A program made the position numbers and the translations under genes. 64,000 nt of DNA from Halanaerobacter jeridensis (GTDB taxonomy: Bacteria; Bacillota; Halanaerobiia; Halobacteroidales; Halobacteroidaceae), in assembly GCF_016908315.1 (NCBI RefSeq), contig NZ_JAFBDQ010000005.1, positions 1 through 64,000 of the forward strand, in the 5' to 3' direction. Positions 47,435 to 57,755 of the stretch are shown piece by piece. Within the stretch, counting starts at the first letter, position 1. Every line of letters starts with the position of its first letter. The notes under the pieces are model-generated. The model ran no database searches. It was not told where the DNA came from and was given only the letters and a program-made list of their open reading frames with translations.

Positions 47435-48080
47435 TTTGCTTAATCCTTTCTTTTAAATAACTGCAAAATTCTTTTAATCCCTGCTGATTACTACAAGAAA
47501 CAGGAAACACTCTTAACTCCGGCTGCAGAGATCTCAAATCAGATTCAACTTCGGAAAGAGAAAAATTGCTCTGCTCTAATAAATCCAACTTGTTGATGAC
47601 TACTGCATCAGATTGCTGGAATAAAGCAGGATACTTAAGCGGTTTATCATTACCTTCTGGAACGCTAAGTACAGTAATTGTCATTGCCGTACCTAGAGCA
47701 AATGAAGCAGGGCAGACTAAGTTACCTACGTTTTCAATAATTAAACAATCTAACTGCTATAAATCCAATTTTTTTAATACCTGTTGAATTGATAATGCTT
47801 CTAAATGACACGCCCCCTGCGTATTAATTTGAATTACTTGACTACCATAACCCTCTAGTCGCTCGGCATCTCTTCTCGTATATAAATCCCCTTCAATTAC
47901 TGCTAGATTAATCTCTTGACCTAATTCACTTAATAAATATTCTAATAAAGTCGTCTTACCACAGCCAGGAGAACCAACTATATCAAAAGCAAAAACATCT
48001 GCTTGCTCTAAAATGCTTTTATTTTCTTGTGCCCTTTGCTCATTTTTAGCTAATAAATTTTTCTCTACTTCTACTTTCAT
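47427..48080 (-). pseudogene. hypB: hypB with a single in-frame TAG
   Basis: GSPGCGKTTLLEY P-loop upstream; ..QQVLKKLDL-TAG-QLDCLIIENVGNLVCPASFALG.. downstream. The TAG at 47757-47759 is in frame with both ORF-track fragments (47757-48080 and 47427-47684). Confidence 0.8.
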
Positions 48081-48424
48081 GCTGATTCCCCCTCAATGGT
48101 ACTTAAATATAATTCATCCCCCGATAACAATTGTTGACAAAAACTATTACAATTAGGGCAATATTTATTTCGCTTCTTCACTTTAAACTGAGTCCCACAA
48201 TTTTTACACTTAGCTTGAGCCGTGACCCACTCTATCTTCAATTCAGCCTCCTCCATTCCAGTACTAGCAGCAAAAGCAGAAAAGGCAAATCTTAATGCAC
48301 TTTCTTCTATACAAGTTAGTTGGCCTATTTTTAATTCTACACTATTAATTTTTTCTAACTGCTGCTCAACTTTAGTCGCAGTTATAATTTCAAATACCCG
48401 AGCCATAATTGACATTTCATGCAT
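48077..48424 (-). CDS. hypA: hydrogenase nickel-insertion protein HypA
   Basis: MHEMSIM start and the zinc motif CKNCG...CPNC. It overlaps hypB by 4 nt. Confidence 0.85.
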   Translation of the reverse strand: MHEMSIMARVFEIITATKVEQQLEKINSVELKIGQLTCIEESALRFAFSAFAASTGMEEAELKIEWVTAQAKCKNCGTQFKVKKRNKYCPNCNSFCQQLLSGDELYLSTIEGESA

Positions 48425-48502
48425 CTTAATCACCCTTTATTTCCTATTAACATTTCAAACAATAATTTTTTCTATTCTCCATTATTAATTTTCAATTATC
48501 AA

Positions 48503-49894
48503 TCAAAACGTAACCTTTTCTTCTATCTCTCCTTCAACATTAAGCACATGAGTAGCACAGGAAATACAAGGATCAAAAGAGCGAATAATCCGTCCTAAAA
48601 TCGTAGTTAATAAATTAGCATTAGGAATTTTAGTTCCGACTAAAGCATTTTCTACTGGTTCCCGCCGGCCCAATTTATCTTTAGGAGAAAAATTCCAAAC
48701 GGTAGGCGTTATAATTTGATAACTTGATACTTCTTCTCCTTCAATTTCTGCCTGATGCAATAGCGCTCCCCGCATCGCATCAGTAGTAGCTGTGACCTTA
48801 GTCTTAACTGGCTTTTCACTTTGACTAATTGGAGGTGGACCAGGTTCTAATTGAGCCAACCATTTCTCCATTAATTCTGCAATCTGCAGTGTTTCTCGTG
48901 AGCGGGCTACAATACGATCCATAGTTGAAGTCTTTAACGGATAGTCACCTCTGATAATTGCCCGCGCTAAAGGACCAGTTTCAAAAAAATCTCCGTCATA
49001 CTACACAGATTTAGTCCAACTATAAGCTCCTGGTTTATCTGGAGCCGGCTCTAACTGACCATCTTCTTCTTCAAACCAAGAATTAGCTACTGTTTCTTCA
49101 ATTTTATCCACATCAGGCTGGGCAAACTGCCGCCCGTTAATTACTCCCCTAGGCCAAAAATCATCTTGATTCTGTTCACCAAACTTAAATAAGCCACAAG
49201 AAATTAACCGCTTAGGAGTAACCCCAATCTTAAAATAATCATTATAAACTTGGGCCAACAATTCTGTATCTGGAATCAGTTTTTCTCTAATAAATTGCAA
49301 AATATTAGCTAATAATGCTTGAGCTCGATTAATCTTATCAGCAGTAGGAGCTACTGCTACACCACCTTGCACAAAACTATGTTGATGCGGTGCTTTCCCG
49401 CCAAATAAAGCTAATATCTCATGCGCTTCCTGCGCAACCTTGACAGCATCAAAGTAATGACCTACTAAGCGCTGATTATCTTTAGGCTTCAAACGCCCAT
49501 CAACAAGATTTTGATTTTGCCACGGAGGCCGATTAGGAAACTCAACAAAATCAGGCAAGCTAAAAAAATAAAAATGGCGGATATGATTTTGTAAGAAATC
49601 AGCAACCAGCATAATATTTCTTAAATACTGAGCCCGCTGAGATAAAGTACTACCATATAACTCATCTAATAAATAACTACCCACTGCTCCATGGGCCAAA
49701 GAACAAATCCCACATACCCGCTGCGTCAGATATACAGCATCAGTTACTTTCCGGCCCTGCATAATTTTTTCATAACCTCTAAACATCGTACCTTTAGCAT
49801 TAGCCTCTTTGATCCAACCATCATCTATAACTACCTTGACTGATAGTAATCCACTTAATCGCGTAACAGGACTAAAATTAATCGTCTGACTCAT
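48503..49894 (-). pseudogene. [NiFe]-hydrogenase large subunit with a single in-frame TAG
   Basis: N-terminal RVCGICSLAHG and C-terminal DPCISCATH. The two ORF-track fragments are joined in frame by ..YSWTKSV-TAG-YDGDFFETGPLARAIIRG.. (TAG at 49001-49003). Total length is 464 codons. Confidence 0.8.
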
Positions 49895-49978
49895 ATTCTC
49901 TAACCCCCTTCTTTAATATAATAAAGATTGAGTTTAAGTCTAAGAATTAGGCTTTATCTTCTCTTTTGTCTTGACTGT

Positions 49979-50899
49979 TTATTCATTACTGTTTTCAGAT
50001 AGCGGAGTAAAAAATGGCGTCGAACCATCGGGAAAATCGGGATTAGTACAGCCGATACAAGGAGTATTAGCTTCGACTGGCCAATTAACATTAATCCACT
50101 TCCGATAAGGGCAATCTGCTCTAGTTTTAGGCCCTACACATCCTTGACTGAACATACATTCAATCTCACCTAAATTTTCAGCAAAGTTACCATTATCAAA
50201 ATAAGAGCGACGCTGACAATGGCGGTGAATAGTATAACCATAAAATAAAGTTGGTCGATTGCGGTTATCAAGTTCTGGCCGTCCATACATTAATAAATGC
50301 GCTAAAGTTCCAACAAACCAATCAGCATTCACCGGGCAACCACTGACATTAATAACTTCCCGGTCTAATACCTCACTGACTGCTACACTTTGACTGAGAT
50401 TAGGTCGAGCTGCACTAGGGCCACCGAAACTAGCACAAGTTCCTAGTGCTACTACATATTTAGCCAAGCCACCTAACCACTTTACTGCTTCTAAAGCACT
50501 AACTTCTCCTTGGGAAGTAATGAAGACAACATTGTACTCTTCTTGTAAAGGAATTGCTCCTTCTACTACTAAAGTAAATTGACCGGCTTTTTTATTAGCA
50601 GCAGCTTTGAGATTATTAACCGCATCTTGGCCCTGGGCAGCCATAAAAGTATTACTGTATAACAAATCAATTGTTTCCTCCAAAAATCGGTCTAAATAGG
50701 GATATGTTGTATTCATGATTGAAATATTATTATCACAACTACAATTTGTTTCTAACCAAATTACAGGTAATTTTTCAGTTTGAGAATCATGATAACTACT
50801 TACTTCTGCTAAGATTTTATGAGTTAAAGAACTATGCCCTTTATTACCTTGGTAAGGAGAATAATTCTGACAAAGATTGATAAACTCATTTCGCTTCAC
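49979..50899 (-). CDS. [NiFe]-hydrogenase small subunit (306 aa, no obvious Tat signal)
   Basis: Cysteine pattern for the proximal, medial and distal FeS clusters (..NCSCDNNIS.., GTCASFGG, ..CPYRKW..CIGCTNPDFPD). It lies directly upstream of the large subunit. Confidence 0.8.
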   Translation of the reverse strand: MKRNEFINLCQNYSPYQGNKGHSSLTHKILAEVSSYHDSQTEKLPVIWLETNCSCDNNISIMNTTYPYLDRFLEETIDLLYSNTFMAAQGQDAVNNLKAAANKKAGQFTLVVEGAIPLQEEYNVVFITSQGEVSALEAVKWLGGLAKYVVALGTCASFGGPSAARPNLSQSVAVSEVLDREVINVSGCPVNADWFVGTLAHLLMYGRPELDNRNRPTLFYGYTIHRHCQRRSYFDNGNFAENLGEIECMFSQGCVGPKTRADCPYRKWINVNWPVEANTPCIGCTNPDFPDGSTPFFTPLSENSNE

Positions 50900-51270
50900 A
50901 AATATACCTCCCCTTTTTATGTCTCTAATAATATTATGTTTTCAAATTATCTATTATTAAAATTATTTATACTCTATTTTAGTAACGAAAGAACATTTAT
51001 CTAATATGCTGTATTAAAAAGCTTATGGGGGGAGTCTAACTTGAAAAGTATAAAAACAATATTCAAAAATATGAAGACAAATATAATACATATAGCAATT
51101 CTACAATTAACTCTGACTGCTTAATCAATTGTTTATCACTATTAATTGATTATAGTCTTAAAAAACGAAAATTTTCCAAGCAAAAATAAAAGAGACAAAA
51201 AATATTAACTTTATTTATTAATTGACGCTAGCAATGTATAATTAATTCAACTTATTAATAAATATTAACT

Positions 51271-51747
51271 ATGGAAAAAATCAATTATAAAGTTACAATT
51301 ATAGGACTTGGTAATATCTTAATGTCAGATGATGGTTTAGGAGCAACTGTAATTAAACAATTAAAGCAAGAAACCTGGAGTAGAGAAATTTTAATTGTAG
51401 ACTGCGGTACTTGTCCCCTAGTTTATCTTGAACAATTGAGTACATCGCAGCACGTAATTGTAATTGATGCTATTAAAAAAGGTAAACCGGCTGGGACCAT
51501 TTATCACTTTAATTTAGCAAAACACAGATCAAAAAATAGACTTAAAAGAACCACTCATAATTATTCTTTACCTCAAGTTATTGCCTTAGCTCGCGAAATT
51601 AACAATTTACCTCACACAGTAATCTATTATGGCATTGAACCTGCTAATCTAAATTTAGGAACAGAACTTTCTCATCCACTAAGACAGTCTATCCCCAAAT
51701 TAATTAGACTGATTAAAAAACAAATCAATCAGTTAAGCAAAAAATAA
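51271..51747 (+). CDS. hydrogenase maturation endopeptidase (HyaD/HybD family, 158 aa)
   Basis: VTIIGLGNILMSDDGLG N-terminal motif and DAI..G..G pattern. It is divergent from the hydrogenase operon. Confidence 0.8.
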   Translation: MEKINYKVTIIGLGNILMSDDGLGATVIKQLKQETWSREILIVDCGTCPLVYLEQLSTSQHVIVIDAIKKGKPAGTIYHFNLAKHRSKNRLKRTTHNYSLPQVIALAREINNLPHTVIYYGIEPANLNLGTELSHPLRQSIPKLIRLIKKQINQLSKK

Positions 51748-51807
51748 TCCAGGAGCAGCTCAAGGCTACTCCTGGATTATGCTAGTTATTATGAACTTTT
51801 AAAATTA

Positions 51808-51848
51808 CAAAAAATTAAAAAAGCTCTGGGGAAATTCCCCAGAGCTTT
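51808..51848 (-). terminator. intrinsic terminator after the cold-shock gene
   Basis: Stem AAAGCTCTGGGG (51820-51831) with CCCCAGAGCTTT (51837-51848), with a T-rich tail on the minus strand. A second hairpin, TAATCCAGGAG/CTCCTGGATTA at 51745-51779, follows the plus-strand peptidase gene. Confidence 0.65.
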
Positions 51849-51881
51849 GTAAGGTCGCAATTTATGTTAGTTAGAGCTTAT

Positions 51882-52085
51882 TTACAGCTTAACAACATCT
51901 TCAGCTTGCAATCCACGATCGCCTTCTACTACTTCAAATTCTACCTCTTGATCTTCTTCTAAAGTTTTGTAACCTTCTTCTTCAATTGCAGAAAAGTGAA
52001 CGAATACGTCATCTCCTGCTTCTCTTTCGATAAATCCATAACCTTTTTTCCCGTCAAACCATTTTACATTACCTTGTTCTTTCAT
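51882..52085 (-). CDS. cold-shock protein (CspA family, 67 aa)
   Basis: [34 protein letters not shown] contains the RNP1/RNP2-like motifs. The ORF-track start at 52139 is probably upstream of the real ATG at 52085. Confidence 0.9.
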   Translation of the reverse strand: MKEQGNVKWFDGKKGYGFIEREAGDDVFVHFSAIEEEGYKTLEEDQEVEFEVVEGDRGLQAEDVVKL

Positions 52086-52228
52086 TATAAAATTCCTCCT
52101 AAGTTTTTTAAAACAGTTGATAAGAAGTTTTTTTATCAACCTAAATAAATAATAGCACAGGATTAGCTATTTGTCAAAGGATTTATTCATTAATTATAAA
52201 TTATTACAACTGCTATAATAATAATTAC

Positions 52229-53416
52229 TTAATTTTCACCATCAGCCAACCATCTCTCTCCTGTTAACTTAATACCTAATGCTCCTAGAGGTGAAGTTAC
52301 TACAATCGATAAGACTGCTAATGCTAAAATTAATTCCCCCGACTCAACTCCTGCAGCTAACGGTACTGCCCCTACAGCAGCCTGTACTGTTGCTTTAGGT
52401 AGATAAGCGATCACACAAAATAATCTCTCTTTCCACTCTAAATTAGTATTAATTAATGAAATTAAAACCCCAATCGATCTAGCTAAAAGACCAACCGCAA
52501 TAATTACTAGCCCGACTAAGCCTGATTGTAAAGCCACCTCAATATTAACCTCAGCACCAATTAACACAAATAATAATAATTCAGCAAACACCCAGATTTT
52601 ATTAAACTTAGCCGCTAACCTCTGCCCTACTTCCTTATATTTTTCCATAATTACAAAACCAATTGTCATTACTCCCAATAAACTAGCAATTGATATAATT
52701 CCTTCGAGCGCTTCTTTAGATACATCCAGAAATATAGCCACACTTAAAATCAACAATACCTTTTTAGTATCACGCATATGATACTTTTTAAACAAATAAA
52801 TCAAGAATAAAGCTACCACAACTCCAATTGCTACTCCTAGGATAATTGAAATCGGAATATTTAAAAGTTTCCAAGTTAAATTAACACTCTGTCCCCCATA
52901 AAATCCTAGAAAAGTAGAAAATAGAGTAATTGCGACTATATCATCGATTGATGCTCCCGCTAAAACTAAAGTTGGAATCCCCTTAGCTGCTCCTTTACCC
53001 CGATCAATCAAATTTAACATTTGAGGAACTATTACAGCAGGAGATACAGCAGCAATAATAAAAGCTAAAATTCCTGCTTCAATTAACGAGATATCTAATA
53101 AATAATTAGCCACAAACAAAATCGTAAAACCTTCCATTAGCCCCGGAATAAAACTCATCTTAACTGCAGGAACTCCTATTTTCTTTAGCGTTTCTTTCTT
53201 TAAGCCTAGTCCGGCTCGAATTAAAATAATAATCAAGGCTATTTTTCTTAAATCCGGCGAAACCTGCAGTAATTCTTGACTCATTACATCAAAACCATAC
53301 GGACCAATTGCTACTCCCAAAATCAACATTCCTAATAACCCTGGTAAACTAACATGGTCAAAAGCCTTATTAAGTATTAGACCAAACAAAATTATAATTG
53401 CTAAACTTAACGCCAT
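52229..53416 (-). CDS. cation:proton antiporter (Na+/H+ exchanger family, 395 aa)
   Basis: A polytopic membrane protein (about 10-12 predicted helices by eye) with the glycine-rich and charged loop patterns typical of CPA-type antiporters. Confidence 0.7.
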   Translation of the reverse strand: MALSLAIIILFGLILNKAFDHVSLPGLLGMLILGVAIGPYGFDVMSQELLQVSPDLRKIALIIILIRAGLGLKKETLKKIGVPAVKMSFIPGLMEGFTILFVANYLLDISLIEAGILAFIIAAVSPAVIVPQMLNLIDRGKGAAKGIPTLVLAGASIDDIVAITLFSTFLGFYGGQSVNLTWKLLNIPISIILGVAIGVVVALFLIYLFKKYHMRDTKKVLLILSVAIFLDVSKEALEGIISIASLLGVMTIGFVIMEKYKEVGQRLAAKFNKIWVFAELLLFVLIGAEVNIEVALQSGLVGLVIIAVGLLARSIGVLISLINTNLEWKERLFCVIAYLPKATVQAAVGAVPLAAGVESGELILALAVLSIVVTSPLGALGIKLTGERWLADGEN

Positions 53417-53662
53417 TTTTTATCCCACTCCCTTTTCTATATAAGTAAGACAGTTAAAGTTAAAAGAATCTTTGCTAAAGATATTTTCTTTTAAAAGAGA
53501 ATATCTCTATAAGACCATTCCTGCCCCACACTATTAAAGTAAGATTACCTTAGATGTAGATGAAATTTTTTCGCAGCGACTTTAAATCTAGTTTGCAATA
53601 AGTCTTAACGCAGAATAATAAAAAATCATTTTATCTACATCTGGAAAGCTACACTTTATATA

Positions 53663-53714
53663 AAAAAGACCCCTACTCGCTGAGAAGATAAAGTAATCCC
53701 CAAGCAAGTAGGAG
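53663..53714 (-). terminator. intrinsic terminator after LysM paralogue 1
   Basis: On the minus strand, CCTACTTGCTTGGGGATTACTTTATCTTCTCAGCGAGTAGGGG is followed by TCTTTTTT. Confidence 0.6.
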
Positions 53715-53835
53715 CCATCAATTGCTATATTTAGCAATAGTTAAAGGCGAGCTCCATCGCCTACCATTTAATTTTAGCAGATTAATTATAAGATTGCAAT
53801 CAAAATTTGTAGACTAATTATTTTACTGCCTTTTT

Positions 53836-54990
53836 TCACCTTTTACATTTCCCCAACATACCATCTAACAAAGGATTAGTTCGTACCCCAGTATCTCTAG
53901 AATACGGCATGACAGATATTCTAGTTCCCGGCACAGCAAATGGATCTTCAGGAATAACTTTTGTTCCACTCCAGGTTGATTGCTCCCCAGAAAAAGTTGA
54001 TTCTTCTAAAATAATAGAATAACTCCGCCCTTCGCCAGTACCAATGCCAATTCCCACTCCAGCTACATAAGAATCAAACTGCCCATCAAATATTGATTCT
54101 GGAGCCGGCAAACCAGTAGCACCAACAGTCAGAGCATAGCTGTTTTCTGCTAATTTCTGCACTAAAACAACACCACCTCGTCGAGCAGGCACAGGTCTCA
54201 AATATTCAGGTGCAGTCAGTATCACAACACATTTTTCCGGTACGATTGCTTCTGTAGGTATACATATCTTTTCTCCCACAGAAATTTGGTTAGGATTTTC
54301 TATTTGAGGATTAGCAGCAATTAAATTATCTACCGTAATTCCATATCTTTGGGCTATTTCATATAAAGTATCTCCTGCTTGGACAGTATAAGTTTTCCCT
54401 ACACAATCAGTTGTTTGATCGGCTGAATACTGATTTTCTACTAACACAAAAGAGCCCGGCACAAAAGCAACTGAATCATAAGGCACAATTCCTACTATTT
54501 TTGTATTAGACAAATTTATTCCACCTAAAGCCAAACTCCAGGTTGGTTCTTGATTTCCCACAGCAGTCTGCTTTAATTCAGAGTAAAAAGTTCCTCCGCG
54601 TTCTCGACTAAAAAATCTAGTCATGACTGCATAGGAATCAAAATCAAGCTGAGATTCTAGCAATTCTGGTTCCGGCAGCCCAGCAGCAAAAACAGTCACA
54701 TCATAACTATCTTCTGTTAGCTGCTGTAGTAAAATCACTCCTCCAGCTCGGTTTGAAACTGAAGGATATTCAGTATTTTGAGGTCGAGTTAGTACTGTTG
54801 ACCATTTTTCACTTCCCTCAATTTCTTCAATTGGAATACAGATTACCTGACCAACAAAAATAAAATTAGGATTTTCTATCTGCGGGTTAGCAGCCAGTAA
54901 ATCATCTACTGCAACTTCATATTTCTGAGCTATCTTGTTTAAAGTATCGCCCGGCTGCACAGTATATCTAGTCCCTGGACAATCATTCAT
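53836..54990 (-). CDS. double [LysM + ~130-150-aa unknown domain] protein, paralogue 1
   Basis: The LysM repeats are YTVQPGDTLNKIAQKYEVAVDDLLAANPQIENPNFIFVGQVICIP and YTVQAGDTLYEIAQRYGITVDNLIAANPQIENPNQISVGEKICIP. The likely start is the ATG at 54990 (MNDCPG) after AGCAGGA; the ORF-track start is 55044. Confidence 0.75.
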   Translation of the reverse strand: MNDCPGTRYTVQPGDTLNKIAQKYEVAVDDLLAANPQIENPNFIFVGQVICIPIEEIEGSEKWSTVLTRPQNTEYPSVSNRAGGVILLQQLTEDSYDVTVFAAGLPEPELLESQLDFDSYAVMTRFFSRERGGTFYSELKQTAVGNQEPTWSLALGGINLSNTKIVGIVPYDSVAFVPGSFVLVENQYSADQTTDCVGKTYTVQAGDTLYEIAQRYGITVDNLIAANPQIENPNQISVGEKICIPTEAIVPEKCVVILTAPEYLRPVPARRGGVVLVQKLAENSYALTVGATGLPAPESIFDGQFDSYVAGVGIGIGTGEGRSYSIILEESTFSGEQSTWSGTKVIPEDPFAVPGTRISVMPYSRDTGVRTNPLLDGMLGKCKR

Positions 54991-55179
54991 ATAATTCCTG
55001 CTTATAATATAAAATCCTATGCATAATGCATAGACCACAATCATACAAGATTAGATTGTGTTAGCTATAATCCTATGCACAGTTTTTCTTATAAGCAGGA
55101 TTTTCACCACCTTTCTTTTTGTTTGAATTAAAATTTTTACTAAAAGTCAATTTATCTAACCTTTAATCAGGTCATAATC

Positions 55180-56367
55180 CTAAAATTCCTCCGCTATCTT
55201 GCCAGATAATAAAATTTCTGCTCCTGATATCTCATCCGGTTGATAATATGGTCTAATATTGACCTCCGCTCCCTGCACACTATATGGCAATTCCGGAGGT
55301 AAAATTACTGTTCCTGCCCAGATTGAACCCTGGACTGGAGTAACAACTCGTTCTAAAACAGCATAATAAGAAAGCTGCTGTTCAAACCCAAGTTGAATAT
55401 TGATCGTAGCTAAATAGCTATCATACTCTAACTCATCACCTATAACCTCAGGCACAGGCGGTATCCCCACTGCACCAAATGTTACAACATATCCTCTGTC
55501 AGGTGTATATTGAGCTAAAACTACTCCCCCAGTCCAAGGTGGAACAGGCTTAAAATAATCTGAAGCAGTCATTACTGCCGTATATTTTCTCGGTATAGAA
55601 GCTTCCGGCGGCAGCACAATCGTTTGACCTACAAAAATTTGGCTTGGATCTCCTATATCAGGATTTACAGCTAGTAATTGGTCCAAAGTCAAATTATATT
55701 TTTCTGCTACTTTACTTAAAGTATCTCCGGCTTGAATTCGATAAGTTGTTCCATATTCAGAATAATCTTCCTCAATTAAAATATTTCCTTCTGATGTTCG
55801 ACCAGTGGTCTGATGTAAAGCAAAAACCCTGATCAAATATTCCTCCGGATCTATCGTACCTAAAGTTCCTGACCAAACTGGTTGCAGAGAACCACCAGCT
55901 GTTCGGGTAGTTTTTTTCAAAACTTTAGTATATCTATAGTTTCCAATTTCCGGAGGAGAATCATATTCATTCATCCTAGTTACTAAAGTCACATAAGAAT
56001 CAAAATTTCCTAACTCTTCTAAACTAGGCAGCCCTGTAGCAAATATGACTGCCTCATAAGCATCATCATCTATCTGCTGTAACAACATTGTTCCGCCTAA
56101 ATCATAGGGGATAGGAAGATTATTTTCTTCAAGAGTAGGCAACATTGGCGGCAGCAGTAATACCGCTTCTTTTATAAACTCATCACCCCCATTGGCAGTA
56201 GGAATACAGAGTTTCTGCCCTACATCAATCTGACTAGAACCTCCCAACTGTGGATTAGCTGCATACAAACTTTCTAGGGTAATTCCATATCTTTGAGCAA
56301 TTTTATATAATGTATCTCCTGCTCTCACAAGTATAACTTCTCCTTTACACTTTCTGCCGTCACTCAT
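55180..56367 (-). CDS. double [LysM + unknown domain] protein, paralogue 2
   Basis: Same architecture as paralogue 1 and the shared motifs GG.(L/V)L.Q, A.G(L/I)P, (F/Y)DSY and W(S/A)GT. The likely start is the ATG at 56367, after AGAGGTGA. Confidence 0.75.
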   Translation of the reverse strand: MSDGRKCKGEVILVRAGDTLYKIAQRYGITLESLYAANPQLGGSSQIDVGQKLCIPTANGGDEFIKEAVLLLPPMLPTLEENNLPIPYDLGGTMLLQQIDDDAYEAVIFATGLPSLEELGNFDSYVTLVTRMNEYDSPPEIGNYRYTKVLKKTTRTAGGSLQPVWSGTLGTIDPEEYLIRVFALHQTTGRTSEGNILIEEDYSEYGTTYRIQAGDTLSKVAEKYNLTLDQLLAVNPDIGDPSQIFVGQTIVLPPEASIPRKYTAVMTASDYFKPVPPWTGGVVLAQYTPDRGYVVTFGAVGIPPVPEVIGDELEYDSYLATINIQLGFEQQLSYYAVLERVVTPVQGSIWAGTVILPPELPYSVQGAEVNIRPYYQPDEISGAEILLSGKIAEEF

Positions 56368-56552
56368 TTCAATCACCTCTAACTAGTAGTTTATATTATT
56401 ATATGCCTGATAAAATATTTTGGTTATTGCATTGATAGGCAGAAACTGCTAATAGGCTCCCCACTGAGCTGAATAACAACAGTTTAGAAACAATTTGATA
56501 TTATTTCTAAACTGTGATGAAAGTAAAAACTACTTATTTATCATTTTTAAAT

Positions 56553-57755
56553 TTATAAATTTCGGATGATCTTCTGCCTATCAGCAGTTCCACTTAAGAT
56601 AACATCACCTCTAGATTTAGTTATCTTATTAACCGGAAACACGTTTAATCTACTATTTTGAGGCTCCACAGACTGATTATTGGAAATCACAACTACTCCC
56701 GCCCAAGTTGGTTCTTGGTTGCTGGAAGTAGTCTTTTTCAGAATACTAGTATATTCTTCCCCAGCAATTTCGACTACAGCTAAATAATCATTAAACTCAG
56801 CAGTTTCCAATTCTTCCGGAGCAGGCACTCCAGTAACAACAAAGGTTGCAGCATAATTATTCTCCTCTAATTTATCCAGCAAAGCTACTCCACCAGCTAA
56901 AGAAGACAATTCTCTACCTGCAGGAGGAGCTAATACTACAGCCCATTTGCTCAGCGGAACAACTCCTTCTGGAATACAAAGCGGCTGCCCAATATAAAGT
57001 TGACTAGGGTCTTCTAACTGTGGATTAGCTGTAAGTAACATTTCAACTGAAATATTAAGTTTCTGAGCTATCTGATAAAGCGTATCTTCTGGTTGAATAA
57101 CATAACTTATTCCTTCACAGCTATGCTTTAGTTCATCTTTAATTACTCTACCTACTAATAAAGAATCAGACATTACCCTTTCAACTTGATTATAGAGCTT
57201 AATGGCTATTTTGCTTTTAAATACAGCAAACGGATTATCCGGAATGACTATTGTTCCCACTAAAATCGGCTTCTCAATAGTAATTGTTCCGCTCTGAATA
57301 AAATAACTAAATTCTTCTATCACAATCTCTAAATTAGCAAAATAACGTTCATCAGCAATATTTATCTCGCCTAAATAAGAATCAAACGCATCTCCTTTTA
57401 ATTCTTGGGGAGCAGGTAACCTGGCACCAAAAAAAGTCACAACCGCTTTCCCATTTTCTAACTCCTGCACTAAAACCAATCCTTCAACTGTGCGAGCAAT
57501 AAATTGAGAAATAGATGCTAAATATTCAGTATAAGTCATTAAAATTATATTTTTTTTAGGTACTACAGCTACACTTGGAATACAAATTATCTGACCAACA
57601 AAAATAAGATTAGGATTTTCTATTTGCGGATTAACAGCTAATAATTCCTCTAAAGTTACCCTATATTTTTGCGCTATCTGATTTAAAGTATAGCCCGCTT
57701 GAACAGTATAAGTTTCTCCTTTACAATTAACTTCTTGCTCACTCAAACCAACCAC
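56553..57755 (-). CDS. double [LysM + unknown domain] protein, paralogue 3
   Basis: Same architecture as paralogues 1 and 2. The start is ambiguous: the GTG at 57755 lies inside the Shine-Dalgarno-like GAGGTGG, and a TTG follows at 57746. Confidence 0.7.
   Translation of the reverse strand: MVGLSEQEVNCKGETYTVQAGYTLNQIAQKYRVTLEELLAVNPQIENPNLIFVGQIICIPSVAVVPKKNIILMTYTEYLASISQFIARTVEGLVLVQELENGKAVVTFFGARLPAPQELKGDAFDSYLGEINIADERYFANLEIVIEEFSYFIQSGTITIEKPILVGTIVIPDNPFAVFKSKIAIKLYNQVERVMSDSLLVGRVIKDELKHSCEGISYVIQPEDTLYQIAQKLNISVEMLLTANPQLEDPSQLYIGQPLCIPEGVVPLSKWAVVLAPPAGRELSSLAGGVALLDKLEENNYAATFVVTGVPAPEELETAEFNDYLAVVEIAGEEYTSILKKTTSSNQEPTWAGVVVISNNQSVEPQNSRLNVFPVNKITKSRGDVILSGTADRQKIIRNL

Noticed and set aside
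47757-49003. Whether the in-frame TAGs in hypB and the hydrogenase large subunit reflect genetic-code expansion (pyrrolysine) or a selenoprotein
   Set aside because: TAG is used as the ordinary stop of many well-delimited ORFs here (for example 2680, 8924, 26395, 27363, 36550, 45048, 46198). Selenocysteine uses TGA, not TAG. The same locus has other lesions (IS insertion, loss of part of hypF). I therefore treat both TAGs as nonsense mutations pending read-level confirmation.
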